Positions 49,596-63,156 are shown, counted from the whole stretch's first letter. The stretch is 63,992 nucleotides of DNA, filler included, from Diploschistes diacapsis (GCA_023645945.1; 7 parts of 7 records of this genome joined end to end with filler, not necessarily neighbours in it); one strand, 5' to 3'. Numbers and translations: made by a program. The notes: a model not told the origin generated them from the sequence alone.

Positions 49596-51226
49596 ATGGA
49601 CCAGGCCTTGTGTCTCCCACTCCATCCTCTTGGCGTCAAGCCTGCTGGTAACGCCTACACGTCGACACAGAGCCTATCGAACCCTCTTCAATCTCTCCCG
49701 GATGGACTGGTGGTTCAAATATTGGAGCTACTTGATTTCAGGTCCCTGCTCGATCTCGGGCGAGTCTGTAAGGCTCTTTTCGCCTTCAGCAGGATGGATG
49801 AGTTGTGGAAGACTTTCTGCTTAGAGTAAGTATACTTTTTTTCTTTTGCTATTGCCGGACAGCTAGGAACTTAACTTGTCTGGTAATCGAAACTGTACGG
49901 GATAGGGGAAGCTATGTTTGTAGTGCAGGAGGACAGCATACTGGGTACGAGGGATTACCAAAAGCATGGGTGAACGTGTATATAACCCTGGCTGAGTGTA
50001 TGTGTAGTTCACCTTTGAGAGACTTCATATGGCGAGGCAGCTGGTATGCCTCCTTCGCACGAATAGATTCGAATCAAACTGTCAAGATTGCATGTTCAGA
50101 TTTATTCTCGGACGTGATCTACCGTCCTTTCCAGTGTGCTCATACTCCCTTGGAGTCCTACACTACCAATATCCCAAAGAGAAATGAGATTAGAAGACTA
50201 GCAAACCTCACTGCCTGCGAGTTCGCAGAGAAGTGGACCTGCACCCCTTTTATCCTTACTGAGGCGATCAAGGAATGGCCAGTGTGTGCCCAATGGTCAG
50301 AGGGGTCTTTGCTTCGAGATTATGCGGATGTCAAGTTTAGAGCGGAGGCTGTTGACTGGCCTCTGCGTACGTACATCGAATACATGAACCGCAATGCGGA
50401 TGAAAGCCCCTTGTATCTGTTCGACAGGGCCTTCGCTGAGAAGATGGATCTCAAAGTAGGTCATGACGGTGACTATTGGACTCCCCAGTGCTTTGGTGAG
50501 GATCTCTTTGCAGCTCTAGACGAACAGCGCCCTGATAGTAGATGGCTGATCGTGGGTCCTGAAAGAAGTGGCAGCACTTTTCACAAGGATCCCAACGCGA
50601 CGAGGTAAGCCAAGACCAGCATCTCAGAGAGCAACAGCTGATGATTTTGCAGCGCCTGGAACGCCGTTCTCAAGGGATCTAAATACTGGATTATGTTTCC
50701 AGCAAGTCCATTCCTTCCACCGCCTCCTGGAGTGTACGTATCAGAGGATCAGAGCGAAGTGACAAGCCCACTCAGCATTGTTGAGTGGCTCCTCGGGTTC
50801 CATGCCGAAGCGCGGAACACGGCGGGTTGCGTTGAAGGTATCTGTCAAGAAGGCGAAATCCTCCACGTTCCGTCAGGATGGTGGCATTTGGTAGTCAATC
50901 TGAGCCCAAGCATTGCGTTAACGCAGAATTTCGTCCCTGAAGCGCACCTCAGGCAAGTATTGGTCTTTCTGAGAGACAAGCCAGATCAGGTCTCAGGCTT
51001 CAAGAAGAGCGTTCAGAACCCCTATGGTCTGTTGGTGGAAAAATTGAAGAGAAAGCGGCCGGAGCTTTTGGCTGAGACACTAGCCAAAATCGAGGGGGTA
51101 CAGAATGGAAAGAAGAGGAAATGGGAGAAGCTAGTGGACGGGCACAACGAGGAAGAATACTCTCCGACACAAAGTTATGGATTTAGCTTTGGCTTTGGGG
51201 ACGACGACAACGAGGATATTCCATAG
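49596..51226 (+). CDS. F-box plus JmjC-domain protein (JMJD6-like), spliced
   Basis: HPLGVKPAGNAY, F-box LPDGLVVQILELLD, DESPLYLFD, GPERSGSTFHKDPNAT, HVPSGWWHLVVNL. Confidence 0.88.
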
Positions 51227-51306
51227 CCCGACGCCATCATCCCAAAGTTAAGCCGGACATTCACTAACAACAATATCCAGATATCATAATTAATCGCGCT
51301 CCCTCC

Positions 51307-51963
51307 TCAATGGCAAGCGACGCTCTTGCTAGCGGAACCCTCCCCAAAAGTCATATAACCAATGAAAGCACCAATGGCAACAGAAAGCATAATGAACCCG
51401 TTGTAGGTCATGAACAACAACCTGGACGTCTTAGCAATGCATGCCAGTCTGGAAAGATCGCAACCTACATAATGAAGAAGCTGTAAAAGACCTGCGCTGC
51501 GTACAGCGCGGCTTTGATCGTCTTAGTCTTTTGCTGAGCCTGGTTCACGCTCTTCCCTAACCAAGGCCATGAGCGCGAGTTATCGTCTTCGTCGTCGGCT
51601 TTGTGGCATTGCCTTAGAATATGCAGAACACTTTCAGAGCAAGGGGCGTCAGGGATAGGACTCACTGGGGAGACTATTCAGATACTCTGCGCTCTGATTC
51701 TCGTATCGGCGGCTCAGCTCACGAACAAGCTCATAGCCGGCTGTGAGAAGAGCAACCCCCACAAGCGATATGAGGAAGGTAAACCAGCCCGTTACCCGCC
51801 ATTGCGGGAAGACTATGCAGACATTCTCGACGTCCCAATTAAAGAGCATCTAGCTTGGAATCAGAGGGGCAACAACGCAGTGGCCTTCCTAGAAACGTGG
51901 GCATACATTCATCTTGCACACAGGTCCATCGCCCATGTCCATGCCGCCATGTCCGTGATCCAT
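51307..51963 (-). CDS. CTR2: CTR-family copper transporter (Ctr2-like), spliced
   Basis: MDHGHGGMDM..CKMN|MLFNW, YSFFIM|LLFMTYNG (MxxxM motif), ends KSVACH*. Confidence 0.88.
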
Positions 51964-52680
51964 ATTGCTGTATTCCTGGACGGATAAGCGCTTGTACGCA
52001 CTTCTGACTCGAGTGAACACAGTGTATTTCGTAGGTTAAAGTCTCTATGCACCCCAAACTTGCAATGAATTCTTGCAGTACCACCATAAACAAGACAATC
52101 TGATACCTATTCTCAAGCCTGCTAAACTGCATGTGTCACTGTGTCAGCGCCATGATCTTGCTTTATATGATCTGCCGCTTTCAGCCATCACTAGCCGCTG
52201 CCGTTAAGATCTTGGTGGTCAGTGCTAGCCAGAGCCGCCTTGTAGCCAACCACTTCAGCGACTTGATTGGAGAAAGGATTGATTGATCGTTATAAAGCTC
52301 AGCAGCGCGAAAGTGTCGCCGATAAAGAGCCTTCCGACTACGTGAGCTGGTTCGCGCACATAGCCCGCCTTCAAAAACGCTGACCTAGAAGGTGCAGAAG
52401 AGCAACCAAATCGCTTACCCTCCTAGCCCGGAGACCGCGAAGAGAATCGCGCTCCAAAGACACAAGCACGACGGCCTTTTTATTCACACGGAACCCGACG
52501 AAGAGGAGCTTAAAGAGTATTTTAACGTACCTCCATACGGATCCACGCTCGAGCTCGACAACAAAAGTTGTGCCATCTGTAACGAAAGACCTATCCTGGC
52601 TCCTCGAGCTGGGTATCGAGCCTACAGATCCCTGGATCCTTAAGCAAAGGGCGGAGATCGAGGCGCAACTCGACGCAAGG

Positions 52681-53273
52681 ATGGCGGAGGCCGGCGAGCC
52701 TTCCACGCGTGGCGTTGCATACCAGGAATCTGTCAAACGCAAACTGAGGGACATGATCAAACAGAAGACCGCTTTAGACAAGCAACTCGTAAGTCCGGTC
52801 TCTCTTTTCCTTCCTCGCCTATCCCTTCTTCCGACCCACCACCCACCACCCAGAATCCCCGGTCTCCAAGCTCCCTAGCCTCATCTGACATGGCTCGCAA
52901 TCTACAGGCAGACACCGAAGCCACCATCTACGCGCACGAAAGCTCCTATCTGGAATCCACCTCCAGCGCCGGCAATATCCTGCGCGGCTTCGACTCGTAC
53001 GTGAAAAACAGCTCCACCACCACAACGCCCTCCGCCTCCGCCGCCGCTGCAACGACCGGGCCCCGCGGCTCTGGGCGCAGGGCGACCGTCTCCGACAACG
53101 ACCGCCTTTTCTCGCGCTCGAGCGTGCACTTCATGGACGGCATGCGCGAAGCGAGTCCCGGGTCGGCCGGCGCTGTGGGGGACAGTGCGCTGAGCACACC
53201 CGGCGAGAAGGCAGGCAGTACGGGGGCGAACACGCCCACGACGCCGAAGGCGAGCGGAGGGGGGCAGAAGAGG
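52681..53273 (+). CDS. EAF6: NuA4 subunit Eaf6, 3'-truncated by contig end
   Basis: RKLRDMIKQKTALDKQL|ADTEATIYAHESSYLE..GNILRGFDSYVK..DRLFSRSS. Confidence 0.85.
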
Positions 53274-53373
53274 NNNNNNNNNNNNNNNNNNNNNNNNNNN
53301 NNNNNNNNNNNNNNNNNTTAATTAATTAANNNNNNNNNNNNNNNNNNNNNNNNNNNNNNNNNNNNNNNNNNNN

Positions 53374-55956
53374 AATCTATACGATGCGTTTGTTATGATC
53401 TCTATCTATACAAGGTATACACGAGTAGGATCAAGGTGGGTTTAGTCTCTGTTAGAAGAGGAATGTGGCAGGAAAAAAAGATAGAGCAGTTATAGGTCTT
53501 AGACTATTTTTAGAAAGAAGGCTTTTTAATAATAAAGGTAACGAATATAAATTGATCTCGAGTAATAATTAAGGATGTCTATAAAAATAAACACGTTTTA
53601 AATTTATAAAGATTATAACGACGTTTTTATATAATTAATAGTTTCTTTAACAGAATAAATAAATAGATGGATAGAATTACCGTTCTTCCTTTTTATTTAC
53701 GATTAAGTAGAATGGTTTTTAAGACTTTTTATTCATCACGTGACCCGTGTTACCCTGATTGGATTATATATAAGGAATGGCTGGGAAGTGCCCGACTAGC
53801 TGTTGCGTGCCAAGTACTGCCGAACAGTACCTTGGATCGTAACAGTATTTCAAAAGCTATGGCTACCATCGAGCTCTTTATAGCTACTATTGTAGCTATT
53901 AAGCGGGTGGATGCTTAATGGCATCATGTTTTATGGCGTTATAGGCGACGTTAGCGAGGGTAGGGATAAGCGAGTTTAGTAAGAATAAGCGATTTTTTTT
54001 AATAATATTATAGCTATTATAATATCTACCGATATAAAAATGTTTATGTTTATATAAACAGTATTTTAAATAGGTACCGAATAAGCGAGATAAAACCCTC
54101 GACATTCGTTTTAAAACATTTTAATAATATGCTCAGTATTATTTTTTTTTTTATCTTTAAACCAACCTTTGTTTTTTTATTCAGTTTATTTTTATAGCGT
54201 AGATATGATTTTAGTTCTATATTTCTTATAATTTAGTTTTTATAACGCCGGCGTGTTTTATTTTAAATTCGAGGATCCGGTTAGCCGAATGTTTTTATAA
54301 TTCTCGTTTTATGATTTATATATTATCGGTGGTATTATATTTTAATTATCGTCTTAGATATTATATATTTTATTTACGTTCCTTGCGTATGCGGCGTTTA
54401 GTTAATAGTCGTTTAATTTCGAATTTTTCGTCGATCTCGATCGTTATAGACGGCGGCGGTAAGGGTCGTCTGCGGTAAGGATCGTTAATTGGGTCTGGTA
54501 CCGGCTCGAGGTGCGTAATGCTGATAATATCGTGAATATGGTAGTAATTCGGTAGTTGTAGTTTGTAAGTTAATTTATTAATGCGTTCTAAGATTTTAAA
54601 AGGTTTAGTAAGTTGAACGGAAAGCTTGATATTGATTGCGGTAAGTAGTTTATATCCGCGATATAGACGTAGTATAGCGTAGTTTTTAATTTTTATAAAG
54701 TAGGTTTTATGACGTTTGTCGTAGATTTTTTTTATGATAATCTCGGTTATGGCTAGCGCGTTTTTAACGTTTATTATTTCTAAGCGTGGTTTAATTAATT
54801 TGGCGATCTCGCGACGTCGGTGTTGTCGTTCTCGTGATTGTGCATCTCGGGTAGGTAGGGTAGATGTGATATCGCGAGCCTGAGGTTTAGATGTCGGATT
54901 ATCGGTAGGTGCTTGATTTTGTTTATTTATGTCTAAGTTAGGCATGGTTATTGGCGCTGATGTCCTTTTTAAAGGATGTTTTTTATTATTCGGGTTATTT
55001 TGATTGATATATATATCTCGTGTATTTCGTGGAGTGTTACTTTTATCGGGTTTAGGTGTCTCGGTCGGAAATATATGTCTTTTTTTAGCTTTTATAGGTA
55101 CTCGTATTTCTATTCCGGGTACTCGTTTTGATTGTGTAGTAGTTCGGTTTCGTGTTGTAGGATATGCGTCTGTCGTGGACAAGTTTGCATCCGGAGCTGC
55201 ATGTTGTAGCTTCTTCGCTAGATCCCAGATGTAGAATTGCTCTGTTAGTCTCTCATGCGAGCGCGCGTAGTTTAGATGCTTATTTGCATCATGAACTTGT
55301 GCAAAGAATTTCTGCTCCAATGTCGTAGATATATAAAGTCTATACCCGGCTTCTGAATCGTCGAAGTAGAGGATTCCGTCTATTAGCTTGAAAGGAAGTC
55401 GTATTGTATTTTCTTTAAGCTCCTGATTTTTTTATACCTTTGTCAGGATTTTTTGTTATCTAGGTTCTTCGTATCTAGTTCTAAATAAATCTTTTAAACC
55501 TTGCGATATTCGCACGATTGTAATTAAATAAGTTTTGACCTTAATGTTATTTTAAAAGACGTTTAATATTCCTTCGTTAAACTCGATTTTATATTTCTTC
55601 GAAATTAATCTTGAAAGGGTATTTAAAACCAAGTTTCTTTTTTTAAAAATGTATTTAACTTCGATTTTAAAGCGTTATATATATTTTAACGTTTTAATTA
55701 ATCGTAAGTTTAATTTTTCTATAAAGACCGTATTTAAAAATAATTATTTATTAATTTCGACCGTTGCGCTATAATCCGTAAAGAATATATTAAACGTGAT
55801 TTCGTTAGATTCGATTAAATAACGTATTTTACGTAAGAATCATACCAAACCGGCGATTTTTAGTTTCGTTGGTTAGTATCGGTGCTCGGTATCGTTAAGT
55901 TTTCGAAATAGGAATAATATAGGTTCGATTTTATTATAAATAGGGTATCCGTAGGA
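53374..55956 (-). mobile_element. Ty3/Gypsy (chromovirus-type) LTR retrotransposon fragment, RIP-mutated
   Basis: RNase H remnant (PILFLFRKLNDTEHRY*PTKLKIAGLV*), integrase N-terminal His-His region, C-terminal PFKILERINKLTYKLQLP..IHDIISITHLEP and chromodomain start (FEIKRLLTKR); AT-rich. Confidence 0.85.
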
Positions 55957-56056
55957 NNNNNNNNNNNNNNNNNNNNNNNNNNNNNNNNNNNNNNNNNNNN
56001 TTAATTAATTAANNNNNNNNNNNNNNNNNNNNNNNNNNNNNNNNNNNNNNNNNNNN

Positions 56057-58637
56057 GGTTGAGGGGTGGGGATTGGGAGGAGGGCGGGAGTGCTGCTGCT
56101 GCTGCTGCGACTGCTGCTGCTGAGAGCGTGGCTGGTGTTGGGACGGAGACGCGTTGAAGGTTTGGGCTTGAGCTGGGTTCTGGTTCTGACTCTGGCTCTG
56201 GCTCTGGTTGAGACTCGAGTTCGGCCGTCCCCTGAGATGTCTCTGAAACGACGGCGGCGGCGGCAAGAACGGGAAGAAAGCCCCGGACCCCATACCCGCT
56301 ATGGAGCTCGAGTCTTTCGGCGTGCTTGCCGCAACTGGGTGCGGAATCAGCGTGGCCGAAGAAGAGGAAGAAGAAGAAGAAGGAGAGGAGCCAGGCGGGT
56401 AGGGCCGCGGGTCGAAGCTGTTGATGGGTTGCTGGAAGGGCGTGGCCGAGTCGAGGTTCGTGGAGGTCGCGAGGTTATCGAAGGCCGATGCTAGGGGCCG
56501 GGTGGGCGTGACGACGCTGCCGGGGGAGGATATGTGGGGTTTGTGCTTGTTGGCCCGCTGGGCGCGGAGGATGGAGATAAAGTATGGTGCTTGGCTGTGG
56601 TTTTGGTTCTGCCCCATGCTTGATGGGGTGGAGGGACTTTGGCCTGGTGTGGTGGAGCTGTGACGGCGTCCGAGCGTGGCGTTGGCCTCGCCGTCGATAT
56701 CCCAGGCTTTGAGGATCAGGTTGCCGATGGCGACGTGCAGGGGTTTCTTCACGTCGGTAATCATCTGCGGGTGTGTTTCGAAGATGTCTTGGATGGAGTC
56801 CCAGGCTGCAATGGAGTCGGATTTGCTGGCTTCGCGGTTGGAGAGGTAGGAGAGGATGTAGATGAAGGCGTGCCAGGGAAAGTATGCTGCAGGTGCCAAG
56901 TTAGTGGGGAAAGGTCTAAGGAATAGAATGTAAGGGCTATCTTGGAGGATATTGAGCTGCTGTTAGGGATGGAGCGTAAGGGCTGTCTTTACAACTAGCT
57001 GAGAAGGTGCAAGGGTGTGTAAGGCACTCTTGTAGAACTACATCGCTCACCTTCAACATGCCACATGTACTTATTCAGCACCTTCGTAGCGCGGATAAGT
57101 TGATCATACTTGATCAACCGCATACTCAGCGAGAAGAGCATATGCTTTTCCTTCACCGACATGCTAGCTCCGCCATCAGCATACTGGCTTGGATGATGCG
57201 TGATCAACCGGATCGTTGCCAGCGCAGCTCTTCCGACAATTGAAGTCAAGAAGTGAAGCGGATACAGAGCATCGCAGAAGCGCAGGTACTTTTGTTCAAG
57301 TACCTGCTCGAACTTATCAATATCCTCGTCCTTGTTCGGCACGTACGTCGAGCTACCCACGGATGTGGGCATCTTCCTGCGCAGAAACATGCCGAGCTCG
57401 CACCTGAGCGCAATGAAAATCATTTCCGTCGCGCCCGTCCGGTCCGGAGGCAACTCCTTCATGCCAGGGTAGATGTCCCGATCGTTCAGATTCCTGGGTG
57501 CCGCGGTGTCGAAAAGGTTGACGAAGATAGAAACGCCCGAGCCAGATACTTCGGCCGCCCTGCTGTCGAGAATCATGATCTGCCACCAGGTTCGCCGTCG
57601 CATCTCTGCTTCGAACACTGGCAGTGTCCTCAGCGCTTTCTCTCGGTGCAGGCCCTGCCTCTGGCCTAACCGCAAAGCGATGCCCGTCAGAGTCCAAAGC
57701 GACCGCGGATCATAGCTCTGCCGTACCGACAACTTACAGAACCATCAGCTCATCACGTATTTCACCGGTTATCGCATGCTCACCAGCCAAATAACAAAAG
57801 CCTGCAACACTCGAAAATCACTGCTCTTCAACAAGCCCGCATTAATAAGCGCCTTCTTCGCCCCCGTCTCGAACCTTACCGCCAGAGCACTCCTGCTCAT
57901 CCCAAACGCTTCCTCGCACTCCGTCTCGCTCATACTTAGCACCGCGTTCGCATACACCGCAAACGTCATCGCCTCCAGATTGTCCGTCAGTCCTCTGGGA
58001 TCTCTACTCGCCGCGAACAGCTCCGGCTCGAACGTAGGCGCATGCACAATTTTCGTCAGGGGGTCAATGTTCTCCAAAAACGCAGCCCACATCACGGGCA
58101 CGTGTTCCTGCGCCGGGTGTAGTTCGTACAGGTCTGCTCTAGCAGTCGGTGTGTCGAAAATAAATGCCCCGTCGCCCTGCAGCTGCACAAACGGCCTCCC
58201 TTGACTTGTCTGCGTCACATCCATACCGTTGCCGCTGTCCGGAACATATGATACACCCTTCCCAGAGGCGTCACCCTGACCGTGATCCTGGCTCCTCATC
58301 CCGTTCCACAGGTTCGACTCGACGTAGTGGCCGCGCCCGTCCTCGTCGACTATCATCTTGCCCCATTCTGAATTGCGGCTTGACACCCGCGCTGAAGCAG
58401 TACCGCCCATCGTCACGTCCTGCCCCTCCCTACCAGCGCCTTCCCCGTTCGAGTTAAATTCTCTCCCCACTGACCCTCTCCGCGTCCCCCTCTCTAACGT
58501 AGCGTCCACAAGCGCCTGCCCATAACTCTCGCACCTGCCCACCAGGCTCCCAAGACCAGGCAACTTTACCCTTCCATTTCCACTTCGCCCCACGTCCTCT
58601 CCAACAACAACCACCTCCCCGTCCAACCCCCTCACCT
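56057..58637 (-). CDS. Fungal-specific (Zn2Cys6-class) transcription factor, middle homology region; truncated at both ends
   Basis: FLENIDPLTKIVHAPT, LQAFVIWL, WTLTGIALRLGQRQGLHRE, EMRRRTWWQI, PRNLNDRD. The Zn cluster itself is not in the contig. Confidence 0.85.
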
Positions 58638-58737
58638 NNNNNNNNNNNNNNNNNNNNNNNNNNNNNNNNNNNNNNNNNNNNTTAATTAATTAANNNNNNN
58701 NNNNNNNNNNNNNNNNNNNNNNNNNNNNNNNNNNNNN

Positions 58738-58842
58738 TTTAATTATAATCTGAATTAATTGTATTATAAGGTTAAAAACATGTAGAAGGTGTGGTGGATA
58801 GGCGGATGACTTATATAGGCGGATGACTTATGAAATACGTTA
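58738..58842. mobile_element. Terminus of a second pogo/Fot1-type family
   Basis: Exact 17-bp tandem repeat ATAGGCGGATGACTTAT (58798-58814, 58815-58831) ending in ...ATACGT|TA. Confidence 0.65.
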
Positions 58843-59434
58843 CGTAGAGCAGATTTATGCCAGGACTAATTACTAAAGAAAAAAAGAATAAACAGGACAA
58901 AATCCCTTTCAAGTACCGGCCAACCAAGATCCTGAGCGCCGCCTGTAAGACTCTTGGCGTCCCTGGCATCCCGAACACGCTCTATTAGCTTGGCGTTACA
59001 ATTGCATTCTTTACTTCTTACAATATAATAATACTTTGTTATTGTATTACAATAAGCAGACTACCATTTATTTCATTAGCCAATATTACCTATTAGGCAT
59101 CACTACTTCCACCTTTTTTATCATTATTTATATTTATCTATTTATAATTATATTTCTGCTATTTCTAAAAAAAACTTTTAAAAGAAGTATTCTATTAGAA
59201 TATAAATAATGATGTTCACTTGTATTCGAATATAAATATTTTGTCAATAATCATATTCGAATAACTGAATATTTACTACAGGGCTTATACCACACTACGC
59301 TCCATGTTTTTTATTATGGTAATTGGTGTCACTTGAGCGCTGATCTCATGAAGCTATCATTCATCATAATAATCTTGATGCTCTTAAGGAAATAAGAACC
59401 CAGTCCCTACACGAAAGCTTTCTGTGATACTCGC

Positions 59435-61035
59435 TCAAAGCCTATTTTCGATCGAGAATACTTTGTCAGGATTGAGTATACACAGCGGATCGAGGGCCAA
59501 TTTGATCTATTTGCTATCAGCCTGGAGATGTCGGAATTGAGGGTATCTTACACTTCGCATCATGTTGACTGCGTTGTCTCCGATCTCTTCAATCAATTCA
59601 TTCCTTAGTTTAAGGCCAATGCCATGTTCACCGGTTACGGTGCCTTCCATCGCCATTGCCATATGCTCTATTTTGTGTATCATATCCTCTCCCTCCTTTC
59701 TTTGGCTAGCGGCGCAGATGACCTTGACATGAAGATTCCCTATCTTATTATCAGCTTCTAGTAGGGCGGAAGGCACTAATTTAGATTATATACCATCTCC
59801 GAGATGTGCCGTGATCGAGGTTGTCATCCCGTTTCCTTCTGCTAGACGATGAGATTCTTCGATCAGGTCCGCTATACGCGAAAGAGGCACGGCAGCATCG
59901 CTAGGTATAAAGATGTCGGACGGATCTTTCTTCATTGACAGGGCAGCCTTGCCATCATTTTTCCGCGCGTCCCATAAAACCTTTACTCGATCCTTGTCAC
60001 CTGTCGCTTCAAAGTTCTTACAGCCGTATCTGTTTGAGGTCTTTTCAATTATCGCAATCAAATCGTTGATGGTGTTTTGATATCCAGAAATTTTGAGGAA
60101 CATTGTTGGCAATTCTTCCCACTCCTTACTGGAAAGCTTCGAGACGTTGATTGCCTTAATGCTCATATGGTCTAGTAACTCAACGGCATCAAGAAGTAGA
60201 CCCGAGTTAACAAGTGATAAACTGGTCTTGACTGCTGCTTGAACATCAGGAAACGTAGCGACTGCAACGTGCTGGTTAATAGGTATAGAAGTCAACTTTA
60301 TCACAGCTTCAGTCACAAGCCCTAGGGTTCCCTCGGAGCCTATAATTATGTGCGTTAAATCATAACCGGCAGAAGACTTGCGCGGCCGTTGTTTTGTTTT
60401 AACTACGGTCCCGTCAGCAAGAACGACGGTCAGAGCTATTATCCACTCCTTAACGGTGCCGTAGCGATAGGTATTGGTGCCGGCACAGCTCATTGCAATC
60501 TATAAGTCATAAGAATTTACCTCGTTCGTATCGATAGACCTACCATTCCCCCAATACGCGCGTCAGGGCTCGGGTCTGGCGGGAAAAACAGACCGTCCTT
60601 TTCAAGACAGGCATTAAGCTCACGCCATCCTACACCTGGCTGAACCACAGCATCCATATCTTCCTTGTGCACGCAGATGATCTTTGCCATGTCTCTAAAA
60701 TCGATGCAGACCCCTCCGCGAGTCGAGATCAAAGCGCCTGGAAGACTAGTCCCCCCTGCATAAGATGTAACCGGTATCAATCTTTTTGAGCAAATTCTCA
60801 TGATTGCGCTGACATCATCCGTAGAGCGAGGTATGAGTATTATAGCAGGCTTCTGGTCAGGGCGTGCCGGTGTCCAAGCATTACTTGAGCGAGAATGGCA
60901 CTGTGCAGGGTCAGAAATAACGTTTTGTTCGCCCAGGAGTGCTTCAAAGTCCATTTTTGCATCCGAGAGGTTGTGATCGGAGACATCGTAGCGTAGAGGC
61001 GGTAGCTGTTTTACAGAAATGGTTGATGAGGACAT
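59435..61035 (-). CDS. FAD-linked D-lactate dehydrogenase (cytochrome)-like oxidase, spliced; 5' end uncertain
   Basis: GGTSLPG, FFPPDP, GTNTYRYGT, RPRKSSAGYDL..GSEGTLG, HLGDG, GEHGIG, LDPLCILNPDK. Confidence 0.88.
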
Positions 61036-61153
61036 TGATAGTTTCTTGTTCAAGCTGGTGTTTACGGGGCGGATCGAAACGAGTAAAGACGATTTATTTT
61101 AGACAAGAAGGGGGTAGGAAGCAGGAACGGTTACTTACGGCGCAAATTCTATG

Positions 61154-61295
61154 AGTACCCGAACAGACTCTAGTAACCGAACACGTGATATAATAATAAG
61201 ATTATAATAATAAATATGTAAAATGAAATATTTTTAAAAGTAATTAATTTGAAACCTTATAGATTAAATAATAGCTATATCTTACCTTGTAGATT
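61154..61295. mobile_element. pogo/Fot1 terminus copy, homologous to 27845-27988
   Basis: AGTACCCGAACAGACTCTAGTAACCGAACACGTGATA...; differs from the 27.8-kb copy mainly by transitions. Confidence 0.7.
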
Positions 61296-61639
61296 CTGTT
61301 GAGCAGGCAGGCAGAANNNNNNNNNNNNNNNNNNNNNNNNNNNNNNNNNNNNNNNNNNNNTTAATTAATTAANNNNNNNNNNNNNNNNNNNNNNNNNNNN
61401 NNNNNNNNNNNNNNNNGTTCTACGTGGTCTCAACACCACATTTTTTGTATGTACGCCTATATAGAGCTTTAAATTCATTGCATTTCTACTAAAAACCTGA
61501 TAAATTGTAAAGTGACTTAAATTTTTATATAAGTTGTTAATAAATCTATGTACCTCGGCAATCGCGGCGGTTAAGCTAGATTACCACTAAAATTGTTTAC
61601 TAACGGCTCCACAAGGTAGAATAACACATACCTATTATA

Positions 61640-62056
61640 GCGCAACACACTGGGAACTGCGAACCAAAACGCCTCTTGCAATACTCCGGCTGCTAAAGGT
61701 CCTTTGCCCGGCGCTCGGACCTCAAGTACAGTGCTTTCGCTTGCCCTGTCTCAGTTCTCTCTAACCTGAATTATCCATAGGGAGCACGAAAAGACGTACT
61801 TGGATAAGAGCGAAAGGCCGAACCTCTGTTGCACATGCGGTTCCCGCTTCACCTACAAAAAAGATCTGGGCCGGCACAACTCGAAGCAAAGCATGAGAAA
61901 CCGTCGCTCTCGCTACATGCTCTGAGCCGCCCGGACTGGACGCGCTCCGCAGATCGAAGCTACTGCTCCAACGATGGATGCGAGTATGCGTGGAAGGGCT
62001 TTGCTCGGAAGGGCCATTATTTACAGCACAAGAGGCGGGTGCATGGGTCCAGATAA
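61640..62056 (+). pseudogene. C2H2 zinc-finger gene remnant
   Basis: GC*RSFARRSDLK, CCTCGSRFTYKKDLGRH, CSNDGCEYAWKGFARKGHYLQHKRRVH; internal stop and frame change. Confidence 0.6.
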
Positions 62057-63156
62057 TAGTCCGCCATACCTTTGAACGATATATGCAGCCCTTGCAATCT
62101 AGTTCAATGTTATTGGAGGCGGATATTCAAAGTATAGTACAAAGAATAATTGCTTGATTGCTAGCTAGGTGGGGAGCAAACTACTGTATATCCATGATGG
62201 ATGGTAGGCGACACTTGTCGTTATAGCAAGCGATGTCGGCTTGGCAAGCGTTAGTGCCAGTAATGCTTAGCCTGTCTTCCGCTCCACTCGCTTAATACAC
62301 CTTTTAAAACAGAACGTTCACTTATATTCCCAAGCGACGACTTCATTGGGCTTACATTGGGCTTACAACATAACGCTATTCCATTAACATTCTTTTTCTA
62401 GGACTTGATATGAGCCATTACTTTAATGAACCTTGGACTTTATTTCTCGGCGCTCTTTTCTGTTCTGTTTGCAGAATGCATCGTGCAGCCAAATACCTTT
62501 TATGGCTTTTCATTCATGTGTCAGCTTAATTAGTATAGGATCCATTGCTGGGTCCAAACCATGAGTATTCTCAAAAGACAAGGTCTGTTTGCAATCAAGA
62601 CAGCGAGCAATACCCGGTCCAAGCTGTCCTAATAATTTGCGCTGTCCGACACTATTTATGTTGTTGCCTCCATTGTATCGCCTGAAGTTCCATGCACGTC
62701 ACTGCATAGCAGGGGCTTCCTGCGTAGCTACCTCTGAGAATCCCTTCATCATCTCTTATGAAGTACCCAAACGAAAGGTGACGAGGAGCGGCGGCCAAAA
62801 TGGCATCGCCAGAGCTAAGATCTTAGCGTGTTAGAGTAGAAGCTGGAATGGGCAGGGGAAGCATATGACCTCAATCGCACAACATGGATTTGAAGGATTA
62901 AGGTGTCAGGCCAAAACCTTCACTGGGCCCAAGGAAGACTCATACTACACAAGGCTAAGAGTAGTGTCACCGAAAGCGTTCTCCATCAATGTACGTATAG
63001 CTTCTCTGCAAGTTTGAAACAACTATAAAATAAATAAATATTGAAATGAAGGGATTGATAAAACCTTTCCTAGTCACGGCTAACTGCACTACGGTCCTGA
63101 ACGGGCTTGGCGCTGAACGACGCTATCACCTACTGGTTATAAGATACATAGTAAAA

